DNA from: Auanema rhodensis
Taxonomy: Eukaryota > Animalia > Nematoda
Length of the DNA: 64,000 bases
NCBI GenBank assembly: GCA_964057225.1
Contig: OZ059896.1
Coordinates: forward strand, 20,522,001-20,586,000
Direction of reading: 5' to 3'
In this document: piece after piece, positions 1 through 10,179 of the stretch
Numbering within the stretch: position 1 is the stretch's first letter
Layout: every line of letters begins with the position of its first letter
Position numbers and translations under genes: made by a program
The notes under the pieces: generated by a model
The model's database searches: none
What the model was told of the DNA's origin: nothing
What the model saw: the letters and a program-made list of their open reading frames with translations, nothing else

Positions 1-17
1 TTATATCAGTTGATATC

Positions 18-84
18 TCGGTGCATTTTTAAGCTAGCGCAAATCTGATAACACAGATCGACGCAGCTTAAAAATCCGCATCGA
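18..84. other. Long imperfect inverted repeat (hairpin/cruciform potential), one per monomer
   Basis: Arms: TCGGTGC(18-24)/GCATCGA(78-84) with one G-T pair; ATTTTTAAGCT(25-35)/AGCTTAAAAAT(65-75), a perfect 11 bp; GCG(37-39)/CGC(62-64); ATCTG(43-47)/CAGAT(54-58). The terminal loop is 6 nt. Confidence 0.85.
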
Positions 85-158
85 ATGCACTATACTACAT
101 TGAAAAACGCTTAATACAAAAATTAGTTATGATCGTTTGAAAAATGATGCATTAGTGT

Positions 159-186
159 ATGTTGAGTTTCCATGTACACTCAACAT
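159..186. other. Perfect 9-bp inverted repeat with 10-nt loop, one per monomer
   Basis: ATGTTGAGT(159-167) is the reverse complement of ACTCAACAT(178-186). Confidence 0.85.
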
Positions 187-199
187 TGCTTCCAAAAAC

Positions 200-234
200 A
201 TTTTGACAAAAATTTTTTCGAAAAATTTCAAAAT
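200..234. other. AT-rich nested palindrome cluster, one per monomer
   Basis: TTTTTCGAAAAA (214-225) is a perfect 12-bp palindrome. It overlaps AAAAATTTTT (208-217), which overlaps TTTTG-A-CAAAA (201-211). The cluster is flanked by ATTTTGA(200-206)/TCAAAAT(228-234). Confidence 0.8.
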
Positions 235-336
235 AATTTAGCAAAAAGTAGATGTTTTTAGATTCCTTTATTCAAGGCAAAGACGATGGACAATGTTATT
301 CAACGAAAAAATTAATTCTCCAGGGTGAAAATCGAG

Positions 337-358
337 GATATAAGTGTGAACTTATATC
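337..358. other. Perfect 9-bp inverted repeat with 4-nt loop (GTGA or GTAA), one per monomer
   Basis: GATATAAGT(337-345)-GTGA-ACTTATATC(350-358). Confidence 0.85.
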
Positions 359-2106
359 AGTTGATATCTTGGTGCATTTTTAAGCTAGCGCAAATCTGAT
401 AACACAGATCGACGCAGCTTAAAAATCCGCATCGAATGCACTATACTACATTGAAAAACGCTTAATACAAAAATTAGTTATGATCGTTTGAAAAATGATG
501 CATTAGTGTATGTTGAGTTTCCATGTACACTCAACATTGCTTCCAAAAACATTTTGACAAAAATTTTTTCGAAAAATTTCAAAATAATTTAGCAAAAAGT
601 AGATGTTTTTAGATTCCTTTATTCAAGGCAAAGACGATGGACAATGTTATTCAACGAAAAAATTAATTCTTCAGGGTGAAAATCGAGGATATAAGTGTGA
701 ACTTATATCAGTTGATATCTCGGTGCATTTTTAAGCTAGCGCAAATCTGATAACACAGATCGACGCAGCTTAAAAATCCGCATCGAATGCACTATACTAC
801 ATTGAGAAACGCTTGATACAAAATTTAGTTATGATCGTTTGAAAAATGATGCATTAGTGTATGTTGAGTTTCCATGTACACTCAACATTGCTTCCAAAAA
901 CATTTTGACAAAAATTTTTTCGAAAAATTTCAAAATAATTTAGGAAAAAGTAGATGTTTTTAGATTCCTTTTTTCAAGGCAAAGACGATGGACAATGTTA
1001 TTCAACGAAAAAATCAATTCTTCAGGGTGAAAATCGAGGATATAAGTGTGAACTTATATCAGTTGATATCTCGGTGCATTTTTAAGCTAGCGCAAATCTG
1101 ATAACACAGATCGACGCAGCTTAAAAATCCGCATCGAATGCACTATACTACATTGAGAAACGTTTAATACAAAAATTAGTTATGATCGTTTGAAAAATGA
1201 TGCATTAGTGTATGTTGAGTTTCCATGTACACTCAACATTGCTTCCAAAAACATTTTGACAAAAATTTTTTCGAAAAATTTCAAAATAATTTAGGAAAAA
1301 GTAGATGTTTTTAGATTCCTTTTTTCAAGGCAAAGACGATGGACAATGTTATTCAACGAAAAAATTAATTCTTCAGGGTGAAAATCGAGGATATAAGTGT
1401 GAACTTATATCAGTTGATATCTCGGTGCATTTTTAAGCTAGCGCAAATCTGATAACACAGATCGACGCAGCTCAAAAATCAGCATCGAATGCACTATACT
1501 ACATTGAGAAACGTTTGATACAAAAATTAGTTATGATCGTTTGAAAAATGATGCATTAGTGTATGTTGAGTTTCCATGTACACTCAACATTGCTTCCAAA
1601 AACATTTTGACAAAAATTTTTTCGAAAAATTTCAAAATAATTTAGGAAAAAGTAGATGTTTTTAGATTCCTTTTTTCAAGGCAAAGACGATGGACAATGT
1701 TATTCAACGAAAAAATTAATTCTTCAGGGTGAAAATCGAGGATATAAGTGTGAACTTATATCAGTTGATATCTCGGTGCATTTTTAAGCTAGCGCAAATC
1801 TGATAACACAGATCGACGCAGCTCAAAAATCAGCATCGAATGCACTATACTACATTGAGAAACGTTTGATACAAAAATTAGTTATGATCGTTTGAAAAAT
1901 GATGCATTAGTGTATGTTGAGTTTCCATGTACACTCAACATTGCTTCCAAAAACATTTTGACAAAAATTTTTTCGAAAAATTTCAAAATAATTTAGCAAA
2001 AAGTATATGTTTTTAGATTCCTTTTTTTAAGGCAAAGACGATGGACAATGTTATTCAACGAAAAAATTAATTCTTCAGGGTGAAAATCGAGGATATAAAT
2101 GTGAAC

Positions 2107-4914
2107 TTATATCAGTTGATATCTCGGTGCATTTTTAAGCTAGCGCAAATCTGATAACACAGATCGACGCAGCTTAAAAATCCGCATCGAATGCACTGTA
2201 CTACATTGAGAAACGCTTAATACACAAATTAGTTATGATCGTTTGAAAAATGATGCATTAGTGTGTGTTGAGTTTCCATGTACACTCAACATTGCTTCCA
2301 AAAACATTTTGACAAAAATTTTTTCGAAAAATTTCAAAATAATTTAGCAAAAAGTAGATGTTTTTAGATTCCATTTTTCAAGGCAAAGACGATGGACAAT
2401 GTTATTTAACGAAAAAATTAATTCTTCAGGGTGAAAATCGAGGATATAAGTGTAAACTTATATCAGTTGATATCTCGGTGCATTTTTAAGCTAGCGCAAA
2501 TCTGATAACACAGATCGACGCAGCTTAAAAATCCGCATCGAATGCACTATACTACATTGAGAAACGCTTGATACAAAAATTAGTTATGATCGTTTGAAAA
2601 ATGATGCATTAGTGTATGTTGAGTTTCCATGTACACTCAACATTGCTTCCAAAAACATTTTGACAAAAATTTTTTCGAAAAATTTCAAAATAATTTAGCA
2701 AAAAGTAGATGTTTTTAGATTCCTTTTTTCTAGGCAAAGACGATGGACAATGTTATTCAACGAAAAAATTAATTCTTCAGGGTGAAAATCGAGGATATAA
2801 GTGTGAACTTACATCAGTTGATATCTCGGTGCATTTTTAAGCTAGCGCAAATCTGATAACACAGATCGACGCAGCTTAAAAATCCGCATCGAATGCACTA
2901 TACTACATTGAGAAACGCTTAATACAAAAATTAGTTATGATCGTTTGAAAAATGATGCATTAGTGTATGTTGAGTTTCCATGTACACTCAACATTGCTTC
3001 CAAAAACATTTTGACAAAAATTTTTTCGAAAAATTTCAAAATAATTTAGCAAAAAGTAGATGTTTTCAGATTCCTTTTTTCAAGGCAAAGACGATGGACA
3101 ATGTTATTCAACGAAAAAATTAATTCTTCAGGGTGAAAATCGAGGATATAAGTGTGAACTTACATCAGTTGATATCTCGGTGCATTTTTAAGCTAGCGCA
3201 AATCTGATAACACAGATCGACGCAGCTTAAAAATCCGCATCGAATGCACTATACTACATTGAGAAACGCTTGATACAAAAATTAGTTATGATCGTTTGAA
3301 AAATGATGCATTAGTGTATGTTGAGTTTCCATGTACACTCAACATTGCTTCCAAAAACATTTTGACAAAAATTTTTTCGAAAAATTTCAAAATAATTTAG
3401 CAAAAAGTAGATGTTTTTAGATTCCTTTTTTCTAGGCAAAGACGATGGACAATGTTATTCAACGAAAAAATTAATTCTTCAGGGTGAAAATCGAGGATAT
3501 AAGTGTGAACTTATATCAGTTGATATCTCGGTGCATTTTTAAGCTAGCGCAAATCTGATAACACAGATCGACGCAGCTTAAAAATCCGCATCGAATGCAC
3601 TGTACTACATTGAGAAACGCTTAATACACAAATTAGTTATGATCGTTTGAAAAATGATGCATTAGTGTGTGTTGAGTTTCCATGTACACTCAACATTGCT
3701 TCCAAAAACATTTTGACAAAAATTTTTTCGAAAAATTTCAAAATAATTTAGCAAAAAGTAGATGTTTTTAGATTCCATTTTTCAAGGCAAAGACGATGGA
3801 CAATGTTATTTAACGAAAAAATTAATTCTTCAGGGTGAAAATCGAGGATATAAGTGTAAACTTATATCAGTTGATATCTCGGTGCATTTTTAAGCTAGCG
3901 CAAATCTGATAACACAGATCGACGCAGCTTAAAAATCCGCATCGAATGCACTATACTACATTGAGAAACGCTTGATACAAAAATTAGTTATGATCGTTTG
4001 AAAAATGATGCATTAGTGTATGTTGAGTTTCCATGTACACTCAACATTGCTTCCAAAAACATTTTGACAAAAATTTTTTCGAAAAATTTCAAAATAATTT
4101 AGCAAAAAGTAGATGTTTTTAGATTCCTTTTTTCTAGGCAAAGACGATGGACAATGTTATTCAACGAAAAAATTAATTCTTCAGGGTGAAAATCGAGGAT
4201 ATAAGTGTGAACTTACATCAGTTGATATCTCGGTGCATTTTTAAGCTAGCGCAAATCTGATAACACAGATCGACGCAGCTTAAAAATCCGCATCGAATGC
4301 ACTATACTACATTGAGAAACGCTTAATACAAAAATTAGTTATGATCGTTTGAAAAATGATGCATTAGTGTATGTTGAGTTTCCATGTACACTCAACATTG
4401 CTTCCAAAAACATTTTGACAAAAATTTTTTCGAAAAATTTCAAAATAATTTAGCAAAAAGTAGATGTTTTCAGATTCCTTTTTTCAAGGCAAAGACGATG
4501 GACAATGTTATTCAACGAAAAAATTAATTCTTCAGGGTGAAAATCGAGGATATAAGTGTGAACTTACATCAGTTGATATCTCGGTGCATTTTTAAGCTAG
4601 CGCAAATCTGATAACACAGATCGACGCAGCTTAAAAATCCGCATCGAATGCACTATACTACATTGAGAAACGCTTGATACAAAAATTAGTTATGATCGTT
4701 TGAAAAATGATGCATTAGTGTATGTTGAGTTTCCATGTACACTCAACATTGCTTCCAAAAACATTTTGACAAAAATTTTTTCGAAAAATTTCAAAATAAT
4801 TTAGCAAAAAGTAGATGTTTTTAGATTCCTTTTTTCTAGGCAAAGACGATGGACAATGTTATTCAACGAAAAAATTAATTCTTCAGGGTGAAAATCGAGG
4901 ATATAAGTGTGAAC
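2107..4914 (+). repeat. Tandem duplication of a 4-monomer (1404-bp) unit, m7-10 = m11-14
   Basis: The same ordered variant sets repeat: A92G/A119C/A159G/T267A/C301T/G348A; A274T; T4C with T259C (seen only in m9 and m13); T4C/A274T. Confidence 0.9.
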
Positions 4915-7371
4915 TTACATCAGTTGATATCTCGGTGCATTTTTAAGCTAGCGCAAATCTGATAACACAGATCGACGCAGCTTAAAAATCCGCATCGAAT
5001 GCACTATTCTACATTGAGAAACGCTTAATACAAAAATTAGTTATGATCGTTTGAAAAATGATGCATTAGTGTATGTTGAGTTTCCATGTACACTCAACAT
5101 TGCTTCCAAAAACATTTTGACAAAAATTTTTTCGAAAAATTTCAAAATAATTCAGCAAAAAGTAGATGTTTTTAGATTCCTTTTTTCAAGGCAAAGACGA
5201 TGGACAATGTTATTCAACGAAAAAATTAATTCTTCAGGGTGAAAATCGAGGATATAAGTGTGAACTTATATCAGTTGATATCTCGGTGCATTTTTAAGCT
5301 AGCGCAAATCTGATAACACAGATCGACGCAGCTCAAAAATCCGCATCGAATGCACTATACTACATTGAGAAACGTTTGAAACAAAAATTAGTTATGATCG
5401 TTTGAAAAATGATGCATTAGTGTATGTTGAGTTTCCATGTACACTCAACATTGCTTCCAAAAACATTTTGACAAAAATTTTTTCGAAAAATTTCAAAATA
5501 ATTTAGCAAAAAGTAGATGTTTTTAGATTCCTTTTTTCAAGGCAAAGACGATGGACAATGTTATTCAACGAAAAAATTAATTCTTCAGGGTGAAAATCGA
5601 GGATATAAGTGTGAACTTACATCAGTTGATATCTCGGTGCATTTTTAAGCTAGCGCAAATCTGATAACACAGATCGACGCAGCTTAAAAATCCGCATCGA
5701 ATGCACTATACTACATTGAGAAACGTTTGATACAAAAATTAGTTATGATCGTTTGAAAAATGATGCATTAGTGTATGTTGAGTTTCCATGTACACTCAAC
5801 ATTGCTTCCAAAAACATTTTGACAAAAATTTTTTCGAAAAATTTCAAAATAATTTAGCAAAAAGTAGATGTTTTTAGATTCCTGTTTTTAAGGCAAAGAC
5901 GATGGACAATGTTATTCAACGAAAAAATTAATTCTTCAGGGTGAAAATCGAGGATATAAGTGTGAACTTATATCAGTTGATATCTCGGTGCATTTTTAAG
6001 CTAGCGCAAATCTGATAACACAGATCGACGCAGCTTAAAAATCCGCATCGAATGCACTATACTACATTGAGAAACGCTTAATACAAAAATTAGTTATGAT
6101 CGTTTGAAAAATGATGCATTAGTGTATGTTGAGTTTCCATGTACACTCAACATTGCTTCCAAAAACATTTTGACAAAAATTTTTTCGAAAAATTTCAAAA
6201 TAATTCAGCAAAAAGTAGATGTTTTTAGATTCCTTTTTTCAAGGCAAAGACGATGGACAATGTTATTCAACGAAAAAATTAATTCTTCAGGGTGAAAATC
6301 GAGGATATAAGTGTGAACTTATATCAGTTGATATCTCGGTGCATTTTTAAGCTAGCGCAAATCTGATAACACAGATCGACGCAGCTCAAAAATCCGCATC
6401 GAATGCACTATACTACATTGAGAAACGTTTGAAACAAAAATTAGTTATGATCGTTTGAAAAATGATGCATTAGTGTATGTTGAGTTTCCATGTACACTCA
6501 ACATTGCTTCCAAAAACATTTTGACAAAAATTTTTTCGAAAAATTTCAAAATAATTTAGCAAAAAGTAGATGTTTTTAGATTCCATTTTTCAAGGCAAAG
6601 ACGATGGACAGTGTTATTCAACGAAAAAAATAATTCTTCAGGGTGAAAATCGAGGATATAAGTGTGAACTTATATCAGTTGATATCTCGGTGCATTTTTA
6701 AGCTAGCGCAAATCTGATAACACAGATCGACGCAGCTTAAAAATCCGCATCGAATGCACTATACTACATTGAGAAACGCTTAATACAAAAATTAGTTATG
6801 ATCGTTTGAAAAATGATGCATTAGTGTATGTTGAGTTTCCATGTACACTCAACATTGCTTCCAAAAACATTTTGACAAAAATTTTTTCGAAAAATTTCAA
6901 AATAATTTAGCAAAAAGTAGATGTTTTTAGATTCCATTTTTCAAGGCAAAGACGATGGACAGTGTTATTCAACGAAAAAATTAATTCTTCAGGGTGAAAA
7001 TCGAGGATATAAGTGTGAACTTATATCAGTTGATATCTCGGTGCATTTTTAAGCTAGCGCAAATCTGATAACACAGATCGACGCAGCTTAAAAATCCGCA
7101 TCGAATGCACTATACTACATTGAGAAACGCTTGATACAAAAATTAGTTATGATCGTTTGAAAAATGATGCATTAGTGTATGTTGAGTTTCCATGTACACT
7201 CAACATTGCTTCCAAAAACATTTTGACAAAAATTTTTTCGAAAAATTTCAAAATAATTCAGCAAAAAGTAGATGTTTTTAGATTCCATTTTTCAAGGCAA
7301 AGACGATGGACAGTGTTATTCAACGAAAAAATTAATTCTTCAGGGTGAAAATCGAGGATATAAGTGTGAAC

Positions 7372-10179
7372 TTATATCAGTTGATATCTCGGTGCATTTT
7401 TAAGCTAGCGCAAATCTGATAACACAGATCGACGCAGCTTAAAAATCCGCATCGAATGCACTATACTACATTGAAAAACGCTTAATACAAAAATTAGTTA
7501 TGATCGTTTGAAAAATGATGCATTAGTGTATGTTGAGTTTCCATGTACACTCAACATTGCTTCCAAAAACATTTTGACAAAAATTTTTTCGAAAAATTTC
7601 AAAATAATTTAGCAAAAAGTAGATGTTTTTAGATTCCTTTATTCAAGGCAAAGACGATGGACAATGTTATTCAACGAAAAAATTAATTCTCCAGGGTGAA
7701 AATCGAGGATATAAGTGTGAACTTATATCAGTTGATATCTTGGTGCATTTTTAAGCTAGCGCAAATCTGATAACACAGATCGACGCAGCTTAAAAATCCG
7801 CATCGAATGCACTATACTACATTGAAAAACGCTTAATACAAAAATTAGTTATGATCGTTTGAAAAATGATGCATTAGTGTATGTTGAGTTTCCATGTACA
7901 CTCAACATTGCTTCCAAAAACATTTTGACAAAAATTTTTTCGAAAAATTTCAAAATAATTTAGCAAAAAGTAGATGTTTTTAGATTCCTTTATTCAAGGC
8001 AAAGACGATGGACAATGTTATTCAACGAAAAAATTAATTCTTCAGGGTGAAAATCGAGGATATAAGTGTGAACTTATATCAGTTGATATCTCGGTGCATT
8101 TTTAAGCTAGCGCAAATCTGATAACACAGATCGACGCAGCTTAAAAATCCGCATCGAATGCACTATACTACATTGAGAAACGCTTGATACAAAATTTAGT
8201 TATGATCGTTTGAAAAATGATGCATTAGTGTATGTTGAGTTTCCATGTACACTCAACATTGCTTCCAAAAACATTTTGACAAAAATTTTTTCGAAAAATT
8301 TCAAAATAATTTAGGAAAAAGTAGATGTTTTTAGATTCCTTTTTTCAAGGCAAAGACGATGGACAATGTTATTCAACGAAAAAATCAATTCTTCAGGGTG
8401 AAAATCGAGGATATAAGTGTGAACTTATATCAGTTGATATCTCGGTGCATTTTTAAGCTAGCGCAAATCTGATAACACAGATCGACGCAGCTTAAAAATC
8501 CGCATCGAATGCACTATACTACATTGAGAAACGCTTAATACAAAAATTAGTTATGATCGTTTGAAAAATGATGCATTAGTGTATGTTGAGTTTCCATGTA
8601 CACTCAACATTGCTTCCAAAAACATTTTGACAAAAATTTTTTCGAAAAATTTCAAAATAATTTAGGAAAAAGTAGATGTTTTTAGATTCCTTTTTTCAAG
8701 GCAAAGACGATGGACAATGTTATTCAACGAAAAAATTAATTCTTCAGGGTGAAAATCGAGGATATAAGTGTGAACTTATATCAGTTGATATCTCGGTGCA
8801 TTTTTAAGCTAGCGCAAATCTGATAACACAGATCGACGCAGCTCAAAAATCAGCATCGAATGCACTATACTACATTGAGAAACGTTTGATACAAAAATTA
8901 GTTATGATCGTTTGAAAAATGATGCATTAGTGTATGTTGAGTTTCCATGTACACTCAACATTGCTTCCAAAAACATTTTGACAAAAATTTTTTCGAAAAA
9001 TTTCAAAATAATTTAGGAAAAAGTAGATGTTTTTAGATTCCTTTTTTCAAGGCAAAGACGATGGACAATGTTATTCAACGAAAAAATTAATTCTTCAGGG
9101 TGAAAATCGAGGATATAAGTGTGAACTTATATCAGTTGATATCTCGGTGCATTTTTAAGCTAGCGCAAATCTGATAACACAGATCGACGCAGCTCAAAAA
9201 TCAGCATCGAATGCACTATACTACATTGAGAAACGTTTGATACAAAAATTAGTTATGATCGTTTGAAAAATGATGCATTAGTGTATGTTGAGTTTCCATG
9301 TACACTCAACATTGCTTCCAAAAACATTTTGACAAAAATTTTTTCGAAAAATTTCAAAATAATTTAGCAAAAAGTATATGTTTTTAGATTCCTTTTTTTA
9401 AGGCAAAGACGATGGACAATGTTATTCAACGAAAAAATTAATTCTTCAGGGTGAAAATCGAGGATATAAATGTGAACTTATATCAGTTGATATCTCGGTG
9501 CATTTTTAAGCTAGCGCAAATCTGATAACACAGATCGACGCAGCTTAAAAATCCGCATCGAATGCACTGTACTACATTGAGAAACGCTTAATACACAAAT
9601 TAGTTATGATCGTTTGAAAAATGATGCATTAGTGTGTGTTGAGTTTCCATGTACACTCAACATTGCTTCCAAAAACATTTTGACAAAAATTTTTTCGAAA
9701 AATTTCAAAATAATTTAGCAAAAAGTAGATGTTTTTAGATTCCATTTTTCAAGGCAAAGACGATGGACAATGTTATTTAACGAAAAAATTAATTCTTCAG
9801 GGTGAAAATCGAGGATATAAGTGTAAACTTATATCAGTTGATATCTCGGTGCATTTTTAAGCTAGCGCAAATCTGATAACACAGATCGACGCAGCTTAAA
9901 AATCCGCATCGAATGCACTATACTACATTGAGAAACGCTTGATACAAAAATTAGTTATGATCGTTTGAAAAATGATGCATTAGTGTATGTTGAGTTTCCA
10001 TGTACACTCAACATTGCTTCCAAAAACATTTTGACAAAAATTTTTTCGAAAAATTTCAAAATAATTTAGCAAAAAGTAGATGTTTTTAGATTCCTTTTTT
10101 CTAGGCAAAGACGATGGACAATGTTATTCAACGAAAAAATTAATTCTTCAGGGTGAAAATCGAGGATATAAGTGTGAAC
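7372..10179 (+). repeat. 8-monomer block (m22-29) copying m1-8 (1-2808), offset 7371 bp
   Basis: Rare variants occur in the same order in both blocks: G104A/T270A/T320C, C19T, C77A (twice), G251T/G344A, A92G/A119C/A159G. Confidence 0.9.

Larger units (their letters stand above)
1..351 (+). repeat. Representative 351-bp monomer (phase is arbitrary)
   Basis: The sequence from 1 restarts at 352. Hand count of the consensus gives 111/351 G+C and 12 CpG. Confidence 0.98.

Noticed and set aside
292-308. CENP-B box-like motif on the minus strand (TTTCGTTGAATAACATT)
   Set aside because: It matches the TTCG and the central A of the box but lacks the essential CGGG half.
1-351. Monomer as an ancient dimer of ~175-bp subunits
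   Set aside because: I could not see convincing similarity between the two halves by eye; a self-alignment would be needed to exclude a highly diverged dimer.
1-351. Assignment to a known ~350-360-bp satellite family, or to an rDNA/5S/spliced-leader gene repeat
   Set aside because: Only the length is similar. I recognise no diagnostic sequence, and a database search is required.
18-358. Stem variants appearing to preserve pairing as G-U wobbles
   Set aside because: Any transition gives a wobble on one strand or the other, and both directions occur, so this is not evidence of selection on RNA structure.
337-388. Helitron 3' end (hairpin followed by CTAG)
   Set aside because: The hairpin is AT-rich and about 26 nt from the CTAG, the CTAG is followed by C rather than T, and no other element features are present.
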